64,000 nucleotides of DNA from a virus (lineage: Duplodnaviria > Caudoviricetes): the IMG/VR virus record IMGVR_UViG_3300008262_000013; one strand, written 5' to 3'. The notes beneath the pieces are model-generated. The model saw only the letters and a program-made list of their open reading frames with translations. It did not search any database and was not told the origin of the DNA. Positions 28,785 through 38,260 of the stretch are shown in pieces (position 1 is the stretch's first letter; each line of letters starts with the position of its first letter). Both the position numbers and the translations under genes were made by a program.

Positions 28785-29816
28785 ATGTCTCTGTCTATTG
28801 ATGTGAAGTATTTGCGGTTAATTTCTTCTCGTTTGCGTAACTTCAAACAGAAAGATACTAACCTATTCAATTTTTCTTGTAACTTCTGTGGTGATTCACA
28901 GAAAAATAAATCTAAAGCTCGAGGATATGTTTTCGAGAAATCTGGTGGTTTATTTTACAGATGTCACAATTGTGCAGCGAGTACGAACCTTGGCAATCTT
29001 ATTAAACACACCGACTCAGCCTTATATCAAGAATATATCCTTGAGAGATACAAGGCCGGCGAATCAGGTAACTCCAATTACCAAAAGCCAACTTTCGACA
29101 TACCACAACCCAAATTTGATAAGATCAAAAAGCAAACAACATTCGAATACGCAGATAGACTTTCGGACTTGCCTTCTGGACATTTTTGTTTAACATACGT
29201 ACAAAAAAGAAAAATACCAGAAAAGTTTTTTGATAACCTCTATTTCACAACCAACTATGAGAAGTTCATTAAGAAACTCATACCTGATTGTGATAAAGAA
29301 TTAGTACCTGATGCTCGTCTAGTTATACCTTTCTATGACCATTACAATGAATTAATCGCTGTAACTGGTCGATCATTGGAATCTGGAAGTAAAGTGCTTC
29401 GTTATGTTACCGTGAGAACAAACGATTCAAAAGATAAGTTATTGTTTGGTATGGATACAGTTGATTTAAATCAACCAGTAAGAATTGTAGAAGGCCAGTT
29501 AGATTCCTTGTTTCTAAATAACTGCATCGCTTCAGGTGATGGAAATCTTTCAATCGCAGCTAAGAATGTAGATTGCAAAGAAAAGATTCTCATCTATGAT
29601 AATGAAAAAAGAAATAAAGAAATTCTAAAGATGATGCACAATTCGATAGAATTAGGTTATAAGGTAGTGATATGGCCAGATTATATTGAAGCCAAAGATA
29701 TAAATGAAATGGTAATGTCAGGCATTTCACCTGACGCAATTGAAGAAATTATAAGTAATAATACTTTTTCTGGTTTGGAAGCACAAACTAGATTTACATT
29801 TTGGAAAAGAGTTTAA
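28785..29816 (+). CDS. gp61: DNA primase, T4 gp61 type
   Basis: Zn finger CNFCGDS..CHNC, TOPRIM IVEGQLDS, DNE, KDINEM. Confidence 0.92.
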   Translation: MSLSIDVKYLRLISSRLRNFKQKDTNLFNFSCNFCGDSQKNKSKARGYVFEKSGGLFYRCHNCAASTNLGNLIKHTDSALYQEYILERYKAGESGNSNYQKPTFDIPQPKFDKIKKQTTFEYADRLSDLPSGHFCLTYVQKRKIPEKFFDNLYFTTNYEKFIKKLIPDCDKELVPDARLVIPFYDHYNELIAVTGRSLESGSKVLRYVTVRTNDSKDKLLFGMDTVDLNQPVRIVEGQLDSLFLNNCIASGDGNLSIAAKNVDCKEKILIYDNEKRNKEILKMMHNSIELGYKVVIWPDYIEAKDINEMVMSGISPDAIEEIISNNTFSGLEAQTRFTFWKRV

Positions 29817-29817
29817 C

Positions 29818-30486
29818 ATGAAAGTTAATTTGATTAGTTATTCACAAATAGCACGAACATCAGGTGGTGGCATTGAAAAAGATTTACAAGAGTTAGTCGC
29901 TTTCTGTGCAAGAGTATCAAATCCCAGTAACCAATCAAATAAAGAAACAAGTGAGAAGTTAATTCGTTATCTCATCAAAAACCAACACTGGTCACCTTTA
30001 GAGATGGTGAGTATGTGTTTAGAAATTGAAACCACAAGAGATATTGCTAGACAGATGCTTCGTCACCGTTCTTTTTCTTTTCAGGAATTTTCACAGCGTT
30101 ATGCTAATCCTGTAGAAGATTTGGATTTTGTGTATCGTGAAGCTAGATTACAAGATACAAAGAATCGACAAAATTCTATTGAAACGAATGATGATTACTT
30201 GCAAGAAAGATGGGAATCAGAACAAGCATCAGTAATTCTAAGAGCAAAACAAGCGTATGAGTGGGCTATAGAAAATGGTCTTGCAAAAGAACAAGCCCGT
30301 GTAGTTTTGCCAGAAGGTCTAACAGTATCACGTTTGTATATGAATGGAACCTTGCGTAGTTGGATACACTACATACAGTTACGTTCAGCAAACGGCACAC
30401 AAAAAGAGCACATGCTCATCGCACGTAAATGTGCAGAAGTAGTTGCCAAAGTATTTCCGATGGCAAAAGAATTCACAGAAAATTAA
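29818..30486 (+). CDS. thyX: Flavin-dependent thymidylate synthase
   Basis: ARVS, HWSPLE, RHRSFSFQEFSQRY. Confidence 0.95.
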   Translation: MKVNLISYSQIARTSGGGIEKDLQELVAFCARVSNPSNQSNKETSEKLIRYLIKNQHWSPLEMVSMCLEIETTRDIARQMLRHRSFSFQEFSQRYANPVEDLDFVYREARLQDTKNRQNSIETNDDYLQERWESEQASVILRAKQAYEWAIENGLAKEQARVVLPEGLTVSRLYMNGTLRSWIHYIQLRSANGTQKEHMLIARKCAEVVAKVFPMAKEFTEN

Positions 30487-30509
30487 TAACAATAAAATTG
30501 GAGCAGCGA

Positions 30510-32306
30510 ATGGAAGATATCATCAATGGTATTAAGGTAGACTATTCTCAAGATAGTTTGTTTGATGAGTTGGGTGTAAAAAGATTAAAAGAATCTTACA
30601 TGAAAGAGGAAGAAAACTCTCCACAAGAAAGGTTTGCATATGTTTCAAAAGCTTTTAGTTCAAATGAAGAACATGCACAAAGACTTTATAATTATAGTAG
30701 CAAGCATTGGCTTAGTTATTCTACTCCCATTCTTAGCTTTGGCCGTAGTAAGCGTGGCCTTCCTATCTCTTGTTTCTTACCTTATTTGGATGATAGTGCT
30801 GAGGGCTTGGTCGATACGTTATCGGAAGTCAACTGGCTTTCAATGTTAGGAGGAGGAGTTGGAATTGGTCTTGGTATTCGTTCTGCTGATGATAAGTCTG
30901 TTGGCATTATGCCTCACTTGCGTACCTATGACGCTTCTTCTTTGGCGTATAGGCAAGGTAGGACCCGCCGCGGTTCTTACGCTGCTTATCTTGATATTAG
31001 TCATCCAGATATTCTTATTTTCTTAGAGATGCGTAAACCAACGGGTGATCAAAACATGCGTTGTTTGAATTTACATCACGGAATTAACATTACAGATGAC
31101 TTCATGCATTTAATTGAAAAGTGTATGTTAGACCATGATGCAGATGATACATGGGAACTAAAAGATCCACATAGTGGTGAAGTACGTGACAAAGTTTCTG
31201 CGAGAGAATTGTGGCAACGTGTACTTGAAATGCGTATGATGACGGGTGAACCATATTTGCATTTTATTGATACAAGTAATCGTGCAATGCCAGAATTTCA
31301 AAAGAAATTAGGTCTATCAATTAAACAAAGTAATCTATGCAGCGAAATTATTTTACCAACCGACAAAGAAAGAACTGCTGTTTGCTGTCTTTCGTCATTG
31401 AATTTGGAGTATTTTGATGAGTGGAAAAATGATAAACTTTTTTTACGGGACACGGCTGAAATGCTGGATAATGTACTTCAGTACTTTATTAGCAATGCTC
31501 CTGATCACATTAGCCGAGCCAGGTACTCTGCTATCCAAGAGCGCAGCATTGGTGTGGGGGCTCTTGGTTTTCACGCTTATCTACAGAGAAATGGCATACC
31601 GTTTGAGTCGGCGCTGGCAACATCTTCAAACAATAAAATATTTAAACACATACGAGAAGGATTAAATGAAGCGAATCTTCAATTGGGTGCTGAACGAGGT
31701 GAAGCACCGGATGCTAGAGGCACCGGACTACGTTTCAGTCATCTTATGGCCATTGCTCCTAATGCTTCTAGCTCTATTATCATGGGCAATACTAGCCCTT
31801 CTGTTGAGCCTTATCGTGCCAATGCCTATAGACAAGATACTCTTTCTGGAGCCTACTTAAATAAAAATAAGTATTTGGATAAGTTAATCAAGGAGAAATG
31901 TGATGCCGACAGCAAATTGGATTATCAAGAAATCTGGTCATCTATCATTGCAAACGATGGTTCCGTCCAACACTTGGATTTCTTGGATGAATGGACCAAA
32001 GATGTCTACAAAACTAGTATGGAAATTGACCAAAGATGGATTGTGGACCACGCAGCTAACAGACAAAATTACATTGACCAGGCGCAATCCATTAACCTCT
32101 TTTTTAGACCTGATGTAAATGTAAAGTATCTACATGCTGTACACTTTCAGGCTTGGAAACAAGGACTCAAAACACTTTATTACTGCCGTAGTGAGAAATT
32201 GGCTAAAGCAGATAAAGTGTCAAAGAGAATCGAAAGAAAAGTGATCGAAGAAATTGATTTGAAGGCTTTAGCAACAGAAGATGTTTGTTTAGCTTGCGAA
32301 GGATGA
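30510..32306 (+). CDS. nrdA: Class I ribonucleotide reductase alpha subunit (no obvious ATP cone)
   Basis: PISCF, GGGVG, SNLCSEI, IAPNASSS, LYY, C-terminal CLACEG; ATG at 30510 preferred over 30429. Confidence 0.93.
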   Translation: MEDIINGIKVDYSQDSLFDELGVKRLKESYMKEEENSPQERFAYVSKAFSSNEEHAQRLYNYSSKHWLSYSTPILSFGRSKRGLPISCFLPYLDDSAEGLVDTLSEVNWLSMLGGGVGIGLGIRSADDKSVGIMPHLRTYDASSLAYRQGRTRRGSYAAYLDISHPDILIFLEMRKPTGDQNMRCLNLHHGINITDDFMHLIEKCMLDHDADDTWELKDPHSGEVRDKVSARELWQRVLEMRMMTGEPYLHFIDTSNRAMPEFQKKLGLSIKQSNLCSEIILPTDKERTAVCCLSSLNLEYFDEWKNDKLFLRDTAEMLDNVLQYFISNAPDHISRARYSAIQERSIGVGALGFHAYLQRNGIPFESALATSSNNKIFKHIREGLNEANLQLGAERGEAPDARGTGLRFSHLMAIAPNASSSIIMGNTSPSVEPYRANAYRQDTLSGAYLNKNKYLDKLIKEKCDADSKLDYQEIWSSIIANDGSVQHLDFLDEWTKDVYKTSMEIDQRWIVDHAANRQNYIDQAQSINLFFRPDVNVKYLHAVHFQAWKQGLKTLYYCRSEKLAKADKVSKRIERKVIEEIDLKALATEDVCLACEG

Positions 32307-32316
32307 TTGATATAAA

Positions 32317-32955
32317 GTGTCAACAATTGCATTATTTGTGCAACACCCGAAATGTTCGGTTCAATCGTGCAATGGTATAATCAAAGCACTAGGACCGAAC
32401 TATACATATAAATTATTTACTAAACATGAAATCGAAAACGACTTTTTTGATAATGTGGATCTCTTGTGTTTTCCTGGTGGTGTTGGCGACAGTGATGCTT
32501 TCGATACATATTTTAGGCATCACGGGAGTTTTATCCTTGACTACATCAAATCTGGTGGCAGATATCTTGGGATATGTATGGGTGCCTATTGGGCTGATAA
32601 ACATTATTTTAATATACTGTACGGAGTTGAATCAAAACAATATATTAAAAGACCAAACACCTGTACCAGACGATCATACAGTAAAGCAATTGAATGTAAC
32701 TGGAACGGCACAGATGATAGATTCTTCTTTTACGATGCACCTACATTTATCGGAGAAGAATCGAATTATGAAGTTGTAGCGAGATATAAAAATGGAGATC
32801 CAGCCGCAATTATACAAGGTCGTATAGGTTTGATTGGACCCCATCTCGAAGCAGAAGAATATTGGTATGATAAACCTTATTTGCATCGTCACTGGAATAA
32901 TGGTAAACATCATACATTATTAAAACAATTTGTTGACAGATTGATGGAGAAGTAG
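32317..32955 (+). CDS. Class I glutamine-amidotransferase-like protein (BPL_N-like)
   Basis: FPGG, YLGICMGAY nucleophile elbow, GPHLE. Confidence 0.75.
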   Translation: MSTIALFVQHPKCSVQSCNGIIKALGPNYTYKLFTKHEIENDFFDNVDLLCFPGGVGDSDAFDTYFRHHGSFILDYIKSGGRYLGICMGAYWADKHYFNILYGVESKQYIKRPNTCTRRSYSKAIECNWNGTDDRFFFYDAPTFIGEESNYEVVARYKNGDPAAIIQGRIGLIGPHLEAEEYWYDKPYLHRHWNNGKHHTLLKQFVDRLMEK

Positions 32956-32956
32956 T

Positions 32957-33088
32957 ATGATAGGTGAAATCATTATGTGGGGTTTCTTTTCAGCATGGGG
33001 TTGGTTTGGTGCTTCATACATTAAAGAAAAAATATGGCCAGAAAAACCAGCAATAGTACAAGAGGAAAAAAAGAATGAGCAAAAGTAA
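32957..33088 (+). CDS. Small membrane protein (43 aa)
   Basis: Below the cutoff. MIGEIIMWGFFSAWGWFG; GGAGA upstream. Confidence 0.5.
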   Translation: MIGEIIMWGFFSAWGWFGASYIKEKIWPEKPAIVQEEKKNEQK

Positions 33089-33239
33089 AGATTACAGCAA
33101 TTTTGAAACACAAAAAGAAATATTATTGGATTATTTACAAGTAATGATTGCGATTGAAGATTGGCATGGCGTATCAGATGTGGCAAACGATTTGCGTGAA
33201 TTGGAAGCAAAACAAAATGTAAATTACAAAAGCAAATAA
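33075..33239 (+). CDS. Hypothetical protein (54 aa)
   Basis: Below the cutoff. DYLQVMIAIEDWHGVSDVANDLRE; GAGGA upstream. Confidence 0.55.
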   Translation: MSKSKDYSNFETQKEILLDYLQVMIAIEDWHGVSDVANDLRELEAKQNVNYKSK

Positions 33240-33248
33240 GGAGATATT

Positions 33249-33383
33249 ATGGCTAAGCAAACCGGAACAAGTAAACACAAATCAGTACACAAAAGAACTA
33301 AACAGGGTGGACAGAAAAAAACCTCCTCCATGAATAAAACAGAAAAAACATCAAATAAAAAATATAGAGGTCAAGGTCGATGA
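33249..33383 (+). CDS. Very basic 44-aa peptide ending KKYRGQGR
   Basis: AAGGAGA Shine-Dalgarno; ATGA overlap with thioredoxin. Confidence 0.65.
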   Translation: MAKQTGTSKHKSVHKRTKQGGQKKTSSMNKTEKTSNKKYRGQGR

Positions 33384-33625
33384 AAAAAGTTTTAAGATTT
33401 ACAGCATCATGGTGTGGACCATGTAAAATGCTAGCTAAAACATTAGAAGAAGTTGAAACTAATGTACCAATTGAAGTGATTGATATTGATGTCAATCCAG
33501 AAATTGCAACAGAATTTGGCATTCGTAGTGTACCAACATTGGTAATCGTTGAAGATAATATGGCATCAAAAAGACTCATAGGAAATAAAACAAAACAAGA
33601 ACTAGAGGCATTCATCAATGATTAA
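33380..33625 (+). CDS. trxA: Thioredoxin
   Basis: WCGPC, SVPT. Confidence 0.92.
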   Translation: MKKVLRFTASWCGPCKMLAKTLEEVETNVPIEVIDIDVNPEIATEFGIRSVPTLVIVEDNMASKRLIGNKTKQELEAFIND

Positions 33626-34610
33626 AAAGCACGACACAAAACTAACGGACGAAAGAACCGCATTTAAACCATTCGCATATCCTTGGGCATATAATGCATG
33701 GTTGCAACATGAACAAGCTCATTGGCTTCATTCAGAAGTTCCAATGATCGAAGATGTAAAAGATTGGAAAAACAAATTAACAACAGAACAGAAACAATTT
33801 CTCACACACATTTTTAGATTCTTCACACAAGGCGACATTGATGTGGCAGGTGGTTATGTAAAGAATTATCTTCCTTATTTTCCTCAACCGGAAGTAAGAA
33901 TGATGTTACTTGGTTTTGCAGCTCGTGAAGCATTACACATTGCAGCATACTCACACTTGATTGAAACATTAGGATTGCCTGATACAATGTACAATCAATT
34001 TTTAGAATATCAGGCAATGAGAGATAAACATGATTACGTACTTAATCTTAGCTCACAGAATGGCGATGCTGCTTCTACTGCTACTCACATTGCAGTATTC
34101 TCTGCTTTCACCGAAGGGATGCAATTATTCAGTTCCTTTATCATGTTACTTAACTTCCCACGCAACGGTACGATGAAGGGTATGGGACAAATCGTTACTT
34201 GGTCTATTGTTGATGAAACAATGCACGCCGAGAATATGATTAAATTGTTCCGTACATATGTGGAAGAAAACAAAGAAATTTGGAATGATGATTTAAAATC
34301 GAGAATATATACTATTGCAGAAAAAATGGTGGAACTAGAAGATAAATTTATTGACCTAGCTTTCGAGATGGGTCCAATGGAGAACCTAGATGCAGAAGAT
34401 GTTAAGCGCTATATTCGCTATATTGCTGACCGTAGGCTTATTTCTCTTGGTCTTAAAGGGATTTTCAAGGTAAAGAAAAATCCATTGCCATGGGTTGAAG
34501 AAATGATTAATGCTCCTATTCACGGAAACTTTTTCGAAAATCGTGTTACTGATTACGCAAAAGGTGCCTTGTCGGGACAATGGGAAGAAGTTTGGGGTAA
34601 AGCAGCTTAA
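33618..34610 (+). CDS. nrdB: Ribonucleotide reductase beta subunit
   Basis: HW..SE, D, EALH..AY, EGMQLFSSF, DETMH, NFFE; uninterrupted. Confidence 0.95.
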   Translation: MIKKHDTKLTDERTAFKPFAYPWAYNAWLQHEQAHWLHSEVPMIEDVKDWKNKLTTEQKQFLTHIFRFFTQGDIDVAGGYVKNYLPYFPQPEVRMMLLGFAAREALHIAAYSHLIETLGLPDTMYNQFLEYQAMRDKHDYVLNLSSQNGDAASTATHIAVFSAFTEGMQLFSSFIMLLNFPRNGTMKGMGQIVTWSIVDETMHAENMIKLFRTYVEENKEIWNDDLKSRIYTIAEKMVELEDKFIDLAFEMGPMENLDAEDVKRYIRYIADRRLISLGLKGIFKVKKNPLPWVEEMINAPIHGNFFENRVTDYAKGALSGQWEEVWGKAA

Positions 34611-34624
34611 AAGGAGAAAAAGTG

Positions 34625-35311
34625 ATGAAATGGAAAAATGATTTAATAAAAGATATTAGATATCTTACACCTTGGGATGATAGTGATGGAGATCCAAGAA
34701 TAGAATTTAGGGGTTGGGCTGAGGTAACTGAAGCGAATAGAATGGTCTTAAGAGATAGATTTTTGAGAGTTTCTGAAAATTGTTCCGCTATACTTGAAAT
34801 CGGAGTCAATAGAAATGGAGAAAATTCATTTACACAAGTGTTGTTGAAAAATAAGAAAAAAGAAACTATCTATATTGGAATAGATATAGATGATAGAGAA
34901 TATCTAAACAATGAAGAAGAAAATATTCATGTTATAAGAGGTGATAGTTCCAACTATGAAGAAAATATGAAAATAATAAATCAAATTTTTGAAAAATGTG
35001 GAGCAACTAGAAAAGAATTTGACTTTATTTTCATCGACGGGTGGCACAGCGTTAATCAATGTTTAAAAGATTGGGAATACACAAACATTTTAGGAAAAAA
35101 TGGAATTGTTGGACTTCATGATACAGCATATCATCCTGGTCCAAAAGTATTCATGAGAAATTTAAATAAAGATGAATGGGCTGTTGAAGCAAACGTGATT
35201 GAAACTTCTAACGATTGGGGTATTGGTTTTGCATGGAAAAAAGATACCAATAATTGGAATCCAGTTCCCGAAGGATATGAATGGAAAGTAGATCCTCCAA
35301 ATATGTATTAA
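34625..35311 (+). CDS. Class I SAM-dependent methyltransferase
   Basis: ILEIGV, IGIDI, DFIFIDGWHS, LHDT. Confidence 0.8.
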   Translation: MKWKNDLIKDIRYLTPWDDSDGDPRIEFRGWAEVTEANRMVLRDRFLRVSENCSAILEIGVNRNGENSFTQVLLKNKKKETIYIGIDIDDREYLNNEEENIHVIRGDSSNYEENMKIINQIFEKCGATRKEFDFIFIDGWHSVNQCLKDWEYTNILGKNGIVGLHDTAYHPGPKVFMRNLNKDEWAVEANVIETSNDWGIGFAWKKDTNNWNPVPEGYEWKVDPPNMY

Positions 35312-35318
35312 TTGATTT

Positions 35319-35351
35319 ATGACAATCCGATGACGGTTTTGTTACAATCCC
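35319..35351 (-). promoter_or_regulatory. Three tandem 11-bp Pho-box-like units upstream of pstS
   Basis: Plus strand ATGACAATCCG/ATGACGGTTTT/GTTACAATCCC; minus strand reads TTGTAAC-4-CCGTCAT-4-TTGTCAT. Confidence 0.6.
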
Positions 35352-35419
35352 GTTTAAGGATCATGATTTCATAGATAAGTGTGATATTGTGCAAAGGCAC
35401 AATTCTTATAGGAGAAATC

Positions 35420-36442
35420 ATGAGAAAGTTACTTTTATCTTTATTGTTATTTACAGGAGTCGCATCCGCAGCAGAATTAACTGGCGCTGGTGCGACTTTT
35501 CCATTTCCAATCTATGCTAAGTGGGCAGAAGCATATAAAGCATCCACTGGCATTGGTCTGAATTATCAATCAATCGGTTCTGGTGGTGGTATCAAACAAA
35601 TCAAAGCAAAAACAGTTGACTTTGGTGCAAGTGATATGCCATTGAAGCCTGAAGAATTAGACAAAGAAGGTCTAGTGCAATTTCCAGCAGTAATTGGCGG
35701 TGTAGTACCAGTATTCAATCTTGACGGTGTAGCAGCAGGTCAATTAAAATTAACACCAGAAGTTATTGCAAACATTCATCTTGGTAAAATCACAAAGTGG
35801 AACGATAAAGCAATTGTTGATTTGAATCCTGGCGTCAATCTACCAGCATTAGCAATCACAGTTGTTCATCGTGCAGATGGTTCAGGCACTACATTTATTT
35901 GGACAAACTTTTTAGGTAAAGCAAACGCTGATTTTGCAAAAACTGTTGGCGAAGGCACAGCAGTAAAATGGCCAGTTGGTGTAGGTGGTAAAGGTAATGA
36001 AGGTGTTGCTGTTCAAGTACAAAGAATCAAAGGTGCATTTGGCTATGTAGAATATGCATATGCAAAAAGAAATAAAATTGCACACGCACAATTAAAAAAT
36101 CGTGATGGTGTTTTTGTACAACCAAGTGACGATTCATTCAAAGCCGCAGCAGCAAACGCAGATTGGGCTAATGCACCAGGAATGTATTTGTTGCTCACAT
36201 GGCAAACAGGTAAAGAAGCATGGCCAGCAACAGGCGCAAGTTTCATTCTCATGCACAAACAACAAGCAGATAGTTTGACAGGTCGTGCAGTTTTGAAATT
36301 CTTTGATTGGAGTTGGAAGAATGGTGCCAAGATGAGTGAAGAACTAGAATATGTTCATTTACCACAATCAGTTATTAAATTAAATCAGGACAATTGGAAA
36401 AAAGACTTAAAAGGTCCTGACAACAACCCAATTTGGAAATAA
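35420..36442 (+). CDS. pstS: Phosphate-binding protein PstS
   Basis: Signal peptide, GAGATFP, YQSIGSGGG, DFGASD, HRADGSGTT, GKGNEGV; AGGAGA before ATG 35420. Confidence 0.95.
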   Translation: MRKLLLSLLLFTGVASAAELTGAGATFPFPIYAKWAEAYKASTGIGLNYQSIGSGGGIKQIKAKTVDFGASDMPLKPEELDKEGLVQFPAVIGGVVPVFNLDGVAAGQLKLTPEVIANIHLGKITKWNDKAIVDLNPGVNLPALAITVVHRADGSGTTFIWTNFLGKANADFAKTVGEGTAVKWPVGVGGKGNEGVAVQVQRIKGAFGYVEYAYAKRNKIAHAQLKNRDGVFVQPSDDSFKAAAANADWANAPGMYLLLTWQTGKEAWPATGASFILMHKQQADSLTGRAVLKFFDWSWKNGAKMSEELEYVHLPQSVIKLNQDNWKKDLKGPDNNPIWK

Positions 36443-36451
36443 GGATAAATT

Positions 36452-37858
36452 ATGAAACTATTTAAAAAATTATCTATCGTAGTTGCACTTGCAGCAGTAA
36501 TTCCTGCATATGCTGATGAGTATAAAGATACATTGAATATTCTAAGAGAGAAGAATATAATCACTCAAAAAGAATATGAATCAAAACTCAATGCATATGA
36601 AGAAAAAGAAGAAAACAAAAAGTTTGCAGAACAAAGAATCGACAAAGATGTTAGTGATTCGGTCAAATACAGACAAGCAAGAGCAAACGATGGTTCAGTC
36701 ACAGAAAATGGAATCGGACTCAAAAGCAAAGATGGAAACAATACGGCACAGTTTACAGGTCGAATTCATATGGACTATCGCCAATACACACCAGATTATG
36801 GTGTCGGCCAAACCACGGATTCGTATCAAAACTTAGCCGAAGTTCGCCGTGCAAGATTTGGTGTTCGTGGACAATTTGCAAAAGACTTCAAATATCAATT
36901 GTTAGCAAACTTTGGTGCAAGTGATGGCTTTAGTTCTACATCATCAACAGCAGATGAGATGTGGGTAAACTATGCAGCAAATCCAGAAATGCAATTTCAA
37001 TTTGGCTTATTCAAGATGCCATTTAGTCTTGAACAAATGACAAGTTCAAACAATCTAGATTTTATGGAACGTAGTTTGATTGGTCAGAATGATACTGAAT
37101 TTATTCCTGCAAAAGAAACTGGTTTCATGTTACATGGTGTGCCAAAACCTGGCCTTACATATGCTATAGCAGCAAGTAGAGGCAAATCCAATAAGAGCGC
37201 AGAGTTCGATGGACTTGATTATATTGGTCGTGTAACAACTAATATTGCTGAACTAACAGGCAGCAAAGCATACACTGCACACTTGGGTGCAGCATACAGC
37301 ACAGGTGAAATTAAAAGTGGCGTTGCACCAGCCAGTGGTAGAACAGAATCTCGTATGCAGTCTGGTTGGTTTACAGGTTCCGCATTGAGTGGTGCTACTA
37401 CAAGAACACGCCAAGGATTAGAAGCAGCGTTTGCATATAACGGTTTCAAAGTTCAAGGCGAACAGTTCAATTTTAAATATGATGCTGCAACAGGTAGTGA
37501 CCAAGAAATCAAAGGGTACTATGTACAAGCAGTTTATAATTTAACTGGCGAATCACATGCATACAAAGATGGTGCGTTTGGTTGGATTAAACCAAATAAT
37601 CCAATCGACAAAGGTGGTCGTGGTGCGTGGCAGGTTGGTGTACGTATGAGTGAGTTTGATGCAAGTGATGTATCCGTTGCAACAGGCAAGTCAAATCGTG
37701 CTACTGCTATGACATACGGTCTAACTTGGTTTTGCACTGACAATCTACGTTTCATGCTCAACTACGTAGATACAAAGTTTGATGCATTAGTTGGTAGTTC
37801 TGGTAGTCGTGTAAATGGTGAAAAAGCAATTATGTTTAGAAGTCAATTAAGTTTCTAA
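36452..37858 (+). CDS. Phosphate-selective porin O/P family
   Basis: Signal peptide, GRIHMD, RRARFGVRG, G.FKMPFSLE..TSSN..FMERS, C-terminal RSQLSF; directly after pstS. Confidence 0.85.
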   Translation: MKLFKKLSIVVALAAVIPAYADEYKDTLNILREKNIITQKEYESKLNAYEEKEENKKFAEQRIDKDVSDSVKYRQARANDGSVTENGIGLKSKDGNNTAQFTGRIHMDYRQYTPDYGVGQTTDSYQNLAEVRRARFGVRGQFAKDFKYQLLANFGASDGFSSTSSTADEMWVNYAANPEMQFQFGLFKMPFSLEQMTSSNNLDFMERSLIGQNDTEFIPAKETGFMLHGVPKPGLTYAIAASRGKSNKSAEFDGLDYIGRVTTNIAELTGSKAYTAHLGAAYSTGEIKSGVAPASGRTESRMQSGWFTGSALSGATTRTRQGLEAAFAYNGFKVQGEQFNFKYDAATGSDQEIKGYYVQAVYNLTGESHAYKDGAFGWIKPNNPIDKGGRGAWQVGVRMSEFDASDVSVATGKSNRATAMTYGLTWFCTDNLRFMLNYVDTKFDALVGSSGSRVNGEKAIMFRSQLSF

Positions 37859-37876
37859 AATTTTTTTGTTATATTA

Positions 37877-37901
37877 AAAGCCTCGTAAGAGGCTTTTTTT
37901 T
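37877..37901 (+). terminator. Intrinsic terminator (possibly bidirectional)
   Basis: AAAAGCCTC-GTAA-GAGGCTTTT followed by a T run. Confidence 0.85.
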
Positions 37902-37903
37902 CG

Positions 37904-37911
37904 TCTAAATA
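37904..37911 (+). promoter_or_regulatory. Late promoter variant TCTAAATA
   Basis: Between the terminator and the iscA Shine-Dalgarno. Confidence 0.45.
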
Positions 37912-37930
37912 AAGATCGAAGGAGAAATCT

Positions 37931-38251
37931 ATGATCACAATGACTGAACTCGCATCTCGCAAAACTTTAAACTCTTTAAACAAAAGAGGAAAAGGATTAG
38001 GTATTAAGGTTGGTGTTAGAACCACAGGTTGCAGTGGTTTGGCCTATACCTTAGAATATGTTGATAGTGTATCGGATACAGATACTATATACGAATCTAA
38101 CGGTGTTAAAATTTTTGTTGACCCAAAACATATTCCTTATCTGAACGGAATGGAAATAGATTGGAAAAGAAATGGACTCAATGAAGGTTTTGATTTTATA
38201 AATTCTTTAGAAAAGAATCGATGTGGTTGTGGTGAAAGTTTTAATATTTAA
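37931..38251 (+). CDS. iscA: A-type Fe-S carrier IscA/HesB
   Basis: GCSGLAY, CGCGESF. Confidence 0.92.
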   Translation: MITMTELASRKTLNSLNKRGKGLGIKVGVRTTGCSGLAYTLEYVDSVSDTDTIYESNGVKIFVDPKHIPYLNGMEIDWKRNGLNEGFDFINSLEKNRCGCGESFNI

Positions 38252-38260
38252 GGAGAAAGA

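Noticed and set aside
29818-34610. Self-splicing introns or inteins in thyX, nrdA or nrdB
   Set aside because: All three ORFs are continuous and of normal length.
35381-35419. Extended starts for pstS (35381) and nrdA (30429)
   Set aside because: Downstream ATGs have Shine-Dalgarno sequences and give proper N-termini (a signal peptide for PstS).
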